Assembly: GCA_964187785.1 (NCBI GenBank)
Contig: OZ076409.1
Location: forward strand, 51,834,001 to 51,898,000
Length of the DNA: 64,000 nucleotides
Reading direction: 5' to 3'
From: Amphiscolops sp. MND2022
Taxonomy: Eukaryota
The first letter of the stretch is position 1. Every line of letters begins with the position of its first letter. The notes below the pieces were generated by a model. The model saw nothing but the letters and a program-made list of their open reading frames with translations, ran no database searches and was not told the origin of the DNA. The position numbers and the translations under genes were made by a program. Shown here piece after piece: positions 12,958-24,643 of this stretch.

Positions 12958-14036
12958 TGTAGTGCTGCTGACGGATGCACCTGTTGCCAGCACATCACAG
13001 TGCACAGGCAAGCTTTTCGCTGCTTTTCGTGGAATCCGGGACACGAAAATTGAGAGAAGTCGTGGAATCCAGTACAAAATTTCTCTTTGATGTTATGCGT
13101 TTCTTGGATTCCACGACAGTGCCTGTTCTGGATTCCACGCCAATACTGCTGCTATAAAGACACTTTTGCCGCTGCTCTCTGATTGGTCCGCTGATTTTGA
13201 ATAATCATTTTAAATTAATTCAATTTTATATCAAAGGAAATTGTTTTGATTGACACGAAAAATCCAAGAAGTACGAATAGAGATACTCGTGACTGGTACC
13301 AAAAATGAAGCATGTCATCAAATATTGGCAGATTGTGATGATCTGGCAGTTTGTTCAAAACTGCTACTAAACTTGAAAATTCGAATAATTGTGTAATTTA
13401 ATATTCATTTTGCATGAGCATTATTAGAAAGGCAGAAGAACTTGAATTAAATCAATCTTATATCAAAGGAAATTGTTTTGATTGAGACAAAAAATCCAAG
13501 AAGTACGAATAGAGATACTCATGACTTGTACCAAAATTGAAGCATGTCATCAAAAAATGGCAGATTGTGATGATCTGGCAGTTTGTTCAAAACGGTACTA
13601 AACTTGAAAATACAAAAGTTTTGTGTGATATTGGTGTGATTGTCTGAATCATTTTGAATTAATTTACGAAAAGTAGTGCATAATATTATGTTTGTTCAAT
13701 CTACCACTTAAATTTAATTAAAGAAGAGATGCCGCGTATCGCGTCAAGCATAAAGTAGTGGAATCCAGGAAATTTATAAATTCTGCAATTTGATTGGTTC
13801 ATTTCGCAAAACTTACGTTTTTGTGGAATCCGGGACACCGCTGCATGCCGACAGTTCGTACAGCTAAGCATTTGTTACTGGAATCCACGACTAAATCCGT
13901 GGAATCCGGGACAAATGACGTAATTTGCCAATTTTGCACGGTTAAAGCTATGGTTGTGGAATCCGAGCTATTGAACGCACTATGTTGCGCTTTGAGCAAA
14001 TAAGGCTTGCCTGTGCACTCTAATGCAGCACTACAA
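12958..14036. mobile_element. Non-autonomous TIR element (MITE) with internal repeats
   Basis: Ends TTGTAGTGCTGC..AGTGCACAGGCAAGC and GCTTGCCTGTGCACT..GCAGCACTACAA. Repeated GTGGAATCC motifs and an internal ~235-bp tandem duplication (13210-13400 and 13445-13630). Confidence 0.7.
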
Positions 14037-14051
14037 GCAATATTTCAAGCA

Positions 14052-14289
14052 AGAGTTAAAACAATATTTTACTGCCGTCGTTTGGGCACCGGGGACATTA
14101 AAAAGCGGTTATTCGGTTCGCAGAAAAGGAGAGTCCAGGTTGGAAGTTGGACAGGATCGTCCTGTTTTTCCGTTGCCTATGGGAAATTAATTTTCTAACA
14201 GCGTCGATGATGATGATCTGCGAACCGAATAACCGCCTTTTGATGTCCCCGGTGCCCAAACGACGACAGTAAAATTTTGCTTTAACTCT
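14052..14289. mobile_element. Small foldback MITE with ~72-bp TIRs
   Basis: 14052-14123 is the near-exact reverse complement of 14217-14289. Confidence 0.85.
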
Positions 14290-14598
14290 GTCTTCGAACA
14301 GCAGGAGGATGTCTATTAGCTGGTCGATCGACCCTGGTTGATAGTTTTTGCTTCTTTTGGGCGAAATTGTATTGTTTATAACGTCGGGCCATATAATAAT
14401 AAGGGTAACTTTACTGAGAGATCCTCGAGTAAGAAGGTTTTGAAAAATGTTTTGACTGTTGATGGCTTTATCGTTGAAGCTAAGCCCTGGAACCGAAAAA
14501 CAGCTGCGAACAAGAAATTTTTTAGTATTGTAAGCAATAGAATCAAGAGTTCAACACAATGAACTAGCGCCAAAAATGAAAACCATGAAAGTAGTCAT
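14283..14598 (-). pseudogene. SGNH/GDSL-like ORF remnant downstream of CR1 ORF2
   Basis: Manual translation MTTFMVFIFGASSLC*TLD...CFSVPGLSFNDKAINSQNIFQNLL...IIIWPDVINNTISPKRSKNYQPGSIDQLIDIL aligns by eye with the ORF at 40521-41211. Confidence 0.65.
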
Positions 14599-15229
14599 GA
14601 ACGGAACGGGGTGCGTGCCAAATGATAAGAATAAAAGGAACGAACTAACTGTTTTTGATAGAGGCCGAATTGGCACGACAAACCAGCAGAAGAGTCCCAG
14701 AGACCAGACAGTGACGATTGTTTAGAGCCCGAGTCAGTGGAAAGTGAACAATCAATCCAATCAATAACTTCTCTGAAACTATCCAACAAGTTTATCTTAA
14801 CAATTAGGCTGGTAGAACCAACGTTTGAAAACGTTGCGATGACATACTGGTTTGAAAAGTAATCATATGTAAGAAATATCTTCAAACGCATCTCTTTCTC
14901 TCAAAATTCCTACAGTACAGACTGCATCGTCGATCTGAAGAGCCAAATATATAAACTTCTTCAAATAACCCAATGATTGATCAATTCATCAACCCATTCT
15001 GTCAACCCTTTTGTCGCCCATGTGACCGACCGACGCCATTTTATCGCCAAAATGGCTAGTGCCGAAGGGTTCCTGACCCTGTCTGCTTTATGAGAGACTT
15101 TAGCGTAACCTGACGTCAGAAGCGACCACCCCTCTCTGTAAAACAAATGCACCACGTTTTGTTTGTTTGTTTTTGAGGGTTTGCAGAAAAAAGCAGAAGG
15201 GCACTGGTCACGATCATGAAATCTTGAAA

Positions 15230-18200
15230 AACGTCCACTGGTTTTCGCACAAGTTGCAATCACCATTTGCCATGTGCACACCAGTTTTTCAGAGAATCCT
15301 TTGTTGACAAATTCCGCTATCGAGCGGATAATTCTGTTATTCAGTCTGATAATTTTTCTGAGATCTGTGTATTTGTTTACGCAATTTGAAATTTTGCACG
15401 TACAAAACGTGATTTCTCTTCTTTCTTTTTTAAAGCATCTTCTGGGCAAAACAAAGATTCCGGTTGATCTTCCACCAGGTCTCTTATGATTTGGCTGAAG
15501 AGGGCTGCATCTTCGACGGCGGCAATCTTGGTCATGGTCAGGATATCACTCAGTTTAACATATGTAAAGGTAATTTAATTAGCAGACAAAGTTGGTTTAT
15601 GAAACTCGCAACCTTCAACCCGGTGATCCACATCACCACCTTCTTCTGGAACTGCTATAGTAAGTGTAAGTCAGCTCTTGATGCCAATACACATATGAAA
15701 CCGTACAACAGAACTGGCAATATCAAGGATTTGTACAGACTGAGTTTCATGTACTGTTTTTACTTGTACAGCAACATTTCGATGTATCCAATAAAGGACT
15801 TTGTTGGCTTTTCTGACTCTGAATTCATAATGGTTTTTCCAAGAGTTATCTTTCTGAAAATAAATGTAGAGGTCCTTCACATATTTTGTTACGCCTAGTA
15901 CCTGGTTGTTTATTCTAAAGACAAAGTCCCTGCCTCTGACTTGCAATTTCGCACGTTTTGCCACTAACACCATTTCGTTTTTCTTTACCCAGGTTTCCAC
16001 AGCATGTAGGTCATCTTGAACGTGACAGTTGATTTGTTAGTAGAAAAAAGTTTTAGATCATCCTAGAAAAAAAGGGTTCGGAGAATACAAGGATCTCAGG
16101 TAGGTTATTTATTGGTTATACAGAAAAGTGGTGTCCCTAACAATGACTTTGGGACACACTTGTGGTATCAAGCGTTTTCGAACTGGTGAATTGGACTCTG
16201 GAAAACTGTTTTCTATTTTCCGGACAATTGATTATAATTCGAGTAAACATCTCCCGACTTCAATTTTTGCAACTTTGTGGATGGAATAGTAAGGAGGTAC
16301 CTTATCAAATGCTTTTGAAAAGTTCTATAAATTAGTCATTTTAATACTTTGATTCCCATCCAGTACTGTGTGGATTTTCTTCATGAAGCTCAGCATGTCT
16401 ATCGGGGTTGATCTTCTTTTACCAAAACTACTTTTGCGTTTGTGTCACATATTTGCCGAAATGCGGGTACAGAAATGCGTAATACCGCAAATTCGTACCC
16501 GGCGCAAAGAACCGAAACGTGAGTACTATGGTTTCATGGAAAGTAGATCTTTTCTGGACAAAACTATCTGATACACTGTCGAGAATGCTAGCTGAAGAAA
16601 AAATAACTGAAACCCAAACTGAATGGTATCTAAAAACGGAAATAAGAGCTAAAACAGAGAATTGTTTCTTGCGTCTGTCAAAACGCATAATGAACACTTT
16701 TTATAGTCTTCGATATCACTTCCATCACATTCTAATCCAATGTACTAGACATCAATGCGTTAGTTTAGTGATTACACAGTCTCATTTTAACCATATTGTT
16801 CAAAGTCCCAAATTCAGGTAAACTCCATTGGAACCACATTTGTGTGTAAATCTCAGTGTAGTTTCAAGTTAGTCTCTGTGTTGTCGAGATTGAAATGAAA
16901 TTCAAGGACCTTTGATGAAATACAGGTACTTTTCACATTATGGACTGCATATTCAGTGTATGCACACCTTTCCTTTCAGTCGAAAAGACCAGCACCCGCT
17001 ACAATTGGTTTGCGATCTCCGTTTCCGCTAGGTCTTTGCTCATGCTGGACCTCGGTTAGCAAGATGAGGAAATAGGCGGCACATGGGGCAGAGTAGAACC
17101 GGACGAATTGGGACATCCAAGGCAATTTTTGTCGCCAAATGATGTGAAATATGTTGAAACGTCAATAGAATATCATCCACCAAAAATTGGAACTGATCAC
17201 TTGCGCATACTTTTTTAGGAAATCCATCAAGACCTGAAATTTTCTAAAAACCATTGTAGAGGTCTGTAATTTATTCCTTCTTGAACCGGGAAAAGTATCA
17301 AACAATTTAGATCTAATTCTTGAAAGAAGATTCCAATCATGTCGGAATTGAATATTTTCCAGAAACAGATAATTCTTTAGATATTAATCGTTAGATACCA
17401 TTCTGGTCGGTCGACGATCTCTCATGATGTAACGTCTATCAATTTGGTGGCACCTGTTAGATTTTCTAAACACACGAACTGTGACACAACTGAACTTCCA
17501 GGTACCCAAAATTGGTTCAGAAGACGGTGCACGGATGAAAAAAAGGAGAAAATTCCAGCCCGTAAACAAAAACCACCTGCATAGAGTACCATTGGCATAA
17601 CCGAAAAGGCCCTGGAACACACAGTGCTGTGCATTTTTGCCCATAAAGATCCAATTCGAGAGTTTTGCAGATTTTCTCATAAAAAGTCGACATGCCCGGA
17701 ACCCGGAAGGAAATTGCAGACAAAGGAAAGAGCTGTTATGCAGACAAAAACTTGCTAAGACTAATTCAGATGTTTTTCTTGGCATACAGTATAATTAAAC
17801 AGCCGTAAATTGCAGGTGTAAGAAGTTGTTTGATCTGATCCCAAGAACTTTAGGAATAGTTTTTTTGTGCTTCTGAGACGTGTGCGGACAAGGATTGAGT
17901 GTCTCCTCTACGTGAGGAAGGTCCCCTAAGAGAACACTGTTGGGGCCAAAACTGATGTTCAGAGTTGTCGTAGGACCATGGTCTGCTGTCGAAGCAACCT
18001 ATGCATAATCACAGCTCCAGTATGTACTTCTTCTGCTTGACGTTACAACTCGATTAGTTTTTATCGCAACCACCGAGGGATCTATTTGAACGGTGATATC
18101 TTTTTCTGTTCACTAGAACTTGTGATTAGCATCTTCTAATGCATGATCTACTGCATCTATGTTCGATAGACTTAGTAATTAAATTCACGCAAGAAACGAA

Positions 18201-18290
18201 TGAAGCAGGTACCTTTTCCAATACAAGACCCTGAACAATCAATCAACATCTTACCAACTTGGTACGCCGCGCTACAAGTTCACTTCGTTG
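15230..18290 (-). mobile_element. Decayed CR1/L2-type LINE
   Basis: FSKAFDKVP (~16296-16322), DDLKL (~16047-16061), VKDLYIYFQKDNSWKNH..RVRKANKVLY, and a C-terminal CTWQM..DCNLC end (~15245-15280). Heavily deleted, with small insertions. Confidence 0.7.
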
Positions 18291-18378
18291 AGTCAATATC
18301 GGCATAATCATCGACTTTAGAGTGTATATGTCAATATCATCAATCGATGAAAAATAGTTAGCATTGAATCAAGTTCGT

Positions 18379-21300
18379 TGTAATAAAAGTGAAACCTCTA
18401 GGGCAAGAGGTCCCTGAGGCAGTTGACCTTCCCAGTTCAGTCACTAATTTACCCTCTTACAAACCAGAATTGTGCATCGCTTCTTAAAGCCTAATGCGTC
18501 TAACTCCTAATCAGGTTTCGTTCAAGTTTTAGAGCTCAGAAGGTCCCTCTTTTTTCAGTTTCGTTGTTTCACAAACACACCTATATCTCACTTGTGAGTA
18601 TACCATCACCTCACCACACTCCCGCAATGAACCCTTCATCAAGATCTAGATACCCGGGCCTCTGCGCCACACAAGTCCATCACCCACAATCACAACGCAA
18701 CTACCCGAGCACGGGCTTTCCTCTGCTTCGCTGCCCATTGATAAGAATAATGGCAGAATGAATCAAATGGCTTGAGTTGAAGACAGGCCCCGTACACGAG
18801 ACACGCGAACGCTGGTAGCGGAAATAGCAAAGCTCATTGACCAAATATTTACAAGAACCCCACTTTGACATCACCCCTACTCTGTCAAGTGGCATAGATT
18901 CATTTAGGCAAAAGGCAGAGGTCTATAGGGGATTTTGACCTGGACATTATCAAACGCACCACGTTCATTTTTCAGATATGAAATTAAGAGGCTGCAACGC
19001 CGCGCATGGACCAAGAAAGGTGTCTTCGGGTACCACCACGACTCCAGTAACCGTCATTGTAGTCCGTCGGAGTCAAATGCCACCTCTTTTCACACATGGA
19101 ATCTCGCCGGCACTCCAACCCTAAGATCAATACCAGTTCTTTTGTACTCTACGTTAAGACCCCCTCCATCCAGAAAATTGTATCATTCCTTCTTCCTCAT
19201 TTCTTGAAAACCCACGTAATGTAAACAGATCTGTTGCAGTCAAAAGTTCCCTGTTTGGCGTCGTAATGATGCTCAAACCCCCAATGACACGATCCCCGGT
19301 CCGGTTAGAGTAAGACTACTAGTGCAGGCGAACTGCAGCCTCAAGCTTCATCCTTCCTTTCACGGATGAGGGGTACAGCAAGGCACGCCACACTTCGAAG
19401 AACCACTACTAAAGGTACAGTCCAATCCATAGCTGTCGTCTGCAGTGAGCGATCCACGGGCTGGGACAAATTTTAGTCAAGATTCATACAATGCGATTCA
19501 AACCTACCTTTTTTCATGCTGGAAATCCTGTGGATAACCCCCAGCACTTAGTATGTTATCACGACGATCCACAACCGAGGGAGCGACGGGTGCAGCAGCA
19601 ACCTGCAGAAAACAAATCAGCTAAAGCACTCATTGACCTGAGGCAAAAGATACAGCAATTAGCTCAAGAACTTAGAGCTACGCAGCAGCACACATCTAAC
19701 AAAAGACAGCAAACACATATGCGCACAACAGCCGAAAGCTTGGAGAGAGCTGGTTTCGCGCGAACTACTTTCGCAGACGGACAAACAACAGATGGACCTG
19801 ACTTGCTAAAAACTCGGTGCGTCTGCAAAGAGAATTCATTCCAGATTTGCAAGATACTTGACCACCTACAAATCAGACAGCAACATGCACTGTCACCAAG
19901 GAAATAGTCAGAACAATTGAAAAGGCCAGTATTGACATGCACTAACTTCGGCCAAACAAGACCCCTCAAAGAACACCCGATCGAATTCCCCATGATTTGA
20001 GAAGCTACGAACTGGTTTGAAAAGATGATTTACCCTGCATAGCGCCTCTCCCACCACATGCAATTTTGACATACCAAAAGGTGGCCAGATATCACCAGCA
20101 GTTGTGGCGGTGCAGAGAATTCATGAGGGACCCTTTCACGTTACACTCAATGGGAACAGAAATGCTTCAAAAGCTTAAGGTTGCCGTTGTCGTAGACTCG
20201 ATTCTGAAGGCCACGAGCAGTATGAATAACACCATGTAGACGTTCTCGTCCTGGACATGCTGTGTGTCTCCTTGGAAAATGTGTTGGAGGTGACATCTGA
20301 GGTCTAAGGTCCCGCCGATACCCCCAGAGACAATTGCATTCCCCCAATATTCGTCTTTTCTATTGTAATTGACCATCTGCGAGGCACACTACAACGTTTT
20401 TGAGAAGGGCACACTGGAGTGGCAAAAGATTTCATGAAGAACTGGTTTGCTGCTTATGCTCACGCCATTAAAATGTTCGTCTCTCCTCCCTGTTACGGCA
20501 ACCTCACGGAATCACTGAAACAATTCCAATATCTGGTGACATCTACGCCCAAGACATCTACGTCCACATAGTAACCCTGAACGTCAAAATCAGCGCATCT
20601 ACTTTGCGCCCCTGCAAAAGCTCATGAACAACGTTCATCACCGAGTTGCCTTGAAGACCTACACGGGATACAAGAGCACTTAACACTTGTTGGTCGACGA
20701 CGCCACTGCCTTGAATTCGGGATGCAAATGGCCCACTGCACTTTCGACGAGAACGGCGTACGCCAGATCAACGATCGTAGTAATGCTATGAAGTCCAATA
20801 TGATCGACAATATCTGGTTCGAGTGACGCGATGAGTCAACGTTGTATGATAAGACTCTTGCGTCAAAGCTACATAAGGAGCTAGTAGCTCATTCCTAAGG
20901 GACCGACAAAAAAGAAGACACTGTTTTGTGTTTCCTGTGGCAATGCAAGCAATTGACTCACAGCCTGCCATGGCAAGGACTGTTGAAAGAGACGCCGACC
21001 AGATTTCCTTCGCGATCTTTCTCTCCCTCATCTCACCACTTCGGTTCCCTTGCATTGCACATTCGAAACGAACCTGGACAAAAACTGAGTTTAAATGTAG
21101 AAGCAATGGAGGGAGCGATGATGAAGGAATCTTGGCATACCTCATGGTCACTGGCCTTGTCGGTCGCCTTCTACAAGGGACCAGCTCATCTGATACAGAA
21201 GTTTCTCAGGGATAGGGGCAGCTCCTCTCTGCTCAGCTTCTTGATCTTGGCGAAACCCAATGAAGCTGGATACACGCGTTCAAACGCACCCTCAACCCAG

Positions 21301-21845
21301 CGGGTGCCCTGAAAATTGGATCCCAGTTAGAGCAAAACACCGTGTCGATCTACTCCAGGTGGGTAAATATATCCGCTATGATGCATACGCTAGTTGATTC
21401 CCCCACACTGCACGACGTGGCGCAAGTGACCCGCCAGGATGCCTTTCACGTCACAAGTAGCTAGCCAGATGATGTTGGAGACGGAGGACCCGATTCCTTC
21501 AATTGCCCCAAGTCATTGACCAATCTTCGACTCAGTGATGACGTTGCGATACCCCACTGAGCGATTGCGGGTCGCTGCTAACACCCCTGCTCACTCGAGA
21601 GCCATGAAAGTTTTCCCTGGTTGGAAAGTGAATTCGATCATGTCGATTGAGCTGCATAAGACTTAGTAGATGTTTTATCTCGTTTATAGAAAACATAGGA
21701 AATTTCTGAGTATTAAACAAAACCGTTTACTCAGCTAGCTATCTTTCACTCTGAGTTCTCAGTTCTTTTCTTCTACTTCTTCAAGATAAAAATACTGTCG
21801 AATATTGAGATTCTAGTTGCTCTGAATAAAACGTTAGTGATTACA
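18379..21845 (+). mobile_element. Probable highly degenerate LTR (Gypsy-like) element relic
   Basis: Block with higher GC than its flanks, bounded by TGTAAT...ATTACA, with AATAAA near the right end and a coiled-coil gag-like remnant at 19491-19907. No clean LTR pair or TSD seen. Confidence 0.35.
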
Positions 21846-21849
21846 TCAA

Positions 21850-23850
21850 TGATAACTAAAATTGAATATCATTCTATTCATTACACAGTGAAGGCGATAA
21901 GATTAGATCGACAAAGAAAATCTTACAAAGTATCAGCATATTTATGATGAAGTGTTAACTTCTAAATGAAGTGACATCTGTCCAGTTTTGCATTCAAAGA
22001 GATAAGGTAAAGAGAATATGAAAATACATGAGGTCCTGCAACATGACATCACAATCAACCTGGAATTGAAAAAGTTTTGAACATATACGTGCACTACAGA
22101 AGAATGAGTTTCAAATTCGAGTTCCATCTTTCACGTTGAGGTTTACATTTCCAATGATTGCACATGATCCAAAATAAATCCCACAAATGTATTATACTTA
22201 AGGAATGAGAACAACCTAAGACGGTTTTAACTTCTTATGTTTAAACGGTTCACGTTGATGCAACAATTTTTAAAGGTCAGTATGAAAGTTTGACTGACGG
22301 CTTGGTTCGAGTTGTTTGACAAGGTGTTTTTATTCTTAGTTTCTAATTTAGTATCTATTCAACGGCCTTGAAAACATTTTTTAGTCCTTTAACGTAAGCA
22401 TTCTAAATTTTGGAGTTGAAGAAAGATTCTCTAAATAAAGTTTTACACAAACTTTGAAGGGTAGAGAACAAAGTGTGAAGAAGTCTTCAAAATTAAAGGT
22501 TTGAGTTTAATTTCGACAAATGTAATGAGCAAGAGTGAACGTCTAAAAGAGATCTTAATTTCAAGTGTTCCAAACTTCAGAATGTTTCAATCTTTCAAAA
22601 ATAAAAGTATTTAGTGGTGTTCTGGAAGTAGACAGTTTTGTGCTTATGAAGGAATTTCCAAGTTCTTTTATTTCAAAAGATAGTGATTCATGAACGTAAA
22701 TTGCCACACCTTCATTTCTATGTTTTCCTGGTTGGAACTTCATTAGTGCATAATTATCTAAGACATAAAAGTCTTCAGTGGATGATTCAACCATCCACGT
22801 TTCAGAGCAGCAAACTACAGATAGTTTATTCACTCCAAAATATTCTACCAATGTTTCCAATTCCTCAAAGTGGAGGTCGATTGATCTCACATTTAGGTGC
22901 AGAATCCATTCGTTTTCAACATTATCAGAGGTAACAGAATTGCGAATTTGTTCACGTTTACGCTGTAATTTTTTTTACCTTTTAGTGTAAAAGTGAGGTG
23001 GCCCACTAACAAAAATGTTAGCTCGTCTTGCAAACAGGTTTTATTAAATCTGGATCCCATTCATATAGCTTGAACAGAATCTCAAAAGTAGTTTTACATT
23101 CATCAGTTTTATAAGTGACGACTTTCTCATTTAAAATGACGACAGAATTGATGTCTGTACGCAATCTTAACGCAGTGGCTAGCCTCGCCCTCAACAGAGT
23201 TATGTCGTCATTGATGAAACTTTTTTCTTCTCAATCTTTCAAAGGTTTTTTGTTCGCTATCAGCCCACTTTTTGTTTGTCTGCGTACAAATTTCATAATG
23301 ATAGGGCGACTTCATTTTTTTTGCAACTTTCTGCTAGATACCCAATGACATATGCTGAAGTGTGGTTTTGAAACTTGGTGTCCCACTTTCTTTCACTCCG
23401 AATCCTCTGACATTATCAGGCCTTCCACACTGCTTGTTAGAATCAGCGCTGAGTAGGCTGCAACGTTCACCAGTAACTGGGTATTCCTGAGGGTCTCTGG
23501 ACTGCTTCTCAAAAAGCTCCGAAATCTCAGAAGTTGCGCAGAAGCCACACAAAAAGGACGATTCGTGAATCCTTTGGGTATTTTTTTGGGAGCCAGGTAG
23601 GGATCCACGCCACACAGCCCTTTCTGTTCTGCGCGTTTCCTGTGCATTCAATACGGGGATGATGCAAATCTAGTAGAGGGCATGTTTCTTCGAAACTATT
23701 CAGTAAGTTTATCACAACAATTAGGCTGACCCTCGACAAAGAACAGGTGCAAAGACCTAGCGTGAACGGACATCGCGAAGCGATCGTAGTGGATGCTGGT
23801 CTTTCCGACGGTGAGGGCGAGCGTGCATACACCGGATATGCCCCACATTT
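21850..23850 (-). mobile_element. Internally deleted CR1/L2-type LINE
   Basis: PHD-like remnant (FLCGFC, 23535-23690), ORF1 end IIMKFVRR..FINDDITLLRARL, and APE start CCSETW..GVAIYVHESL. Confidence 0.7.
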
Positions 23851-24025
23851 CAGTTTTTAGTTTTTATTTTTTCAGATCTTAGGCAGTGGAGTTCTCAGGA
23901 TCTTGTGTAAAGGATGTCCAATTTCTAGATTTTTTTGATCCAGTTTGTAGAAAAAAATTCTACAAACTGGACCACCTAGGACCAGTTTGTGGATTTCTGG
24001 AGTTCTACAAACTGGACCTAGTTTA

Positions 24026-24643
24026 TTTAGAGAGCATAATATGACATGGAATGAATTGATTTCGGCCAATCAAATTCCTGCATTCAAACTTACGATAACG
24101 AAGTCAGCTATATTCACATACTTCTAGTGCCTTAAATGCAGGAGCGAAGCGGAGCGACAAGCCATATGGCCATGCCTCAAGATTGCTTCTTGGTGAAAGG
24201 AGCGATGCGACTGTGCCATAGAACAAATTATGATAATCACCACAGGTATAAATAAAAAAAATAATCGCTGATATGGAATTCTTTTCACATATTGAATAGG
24301 ATTCATTTTTCGACAATTTCGGCCACTCAATTCGTCGAACATTCAATTCGTCGAAAAAAGAAAAGCTGTTCAATGCGTCGAAAGAATTCCACATCAGCTA
24401 TTATTTTCATTTTGTTATTTTTTGTGGCGATTAGCATATTTGTTGTATGGCTTGGTCGCTTCCTTTCTTCGCAAAATAGCAACACTGAGGCATGGTCATA
24501 TGGCACGTCGCTTCGCTTCGCATCTGCATTTATGGCCCTACGGGTATGTGCACATAGCTGACTACGTTATCGTAATTTTGAATGCTCGAAATTGATTGGC
24601 CGAAAGCAATTCATTCCACAACGTCATACCATGCTCGCTAAAA
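24026..24643. mobile_element. Foldback MITE with ~200-bp TIRs
   Basis: 24026-24230 pairs with 24430-24643 (TTTAGAGAGCAT..GGAATGAATTG versus CAATTCATTCC..ATGCTCGCTAAA). Confidence 0.85.
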
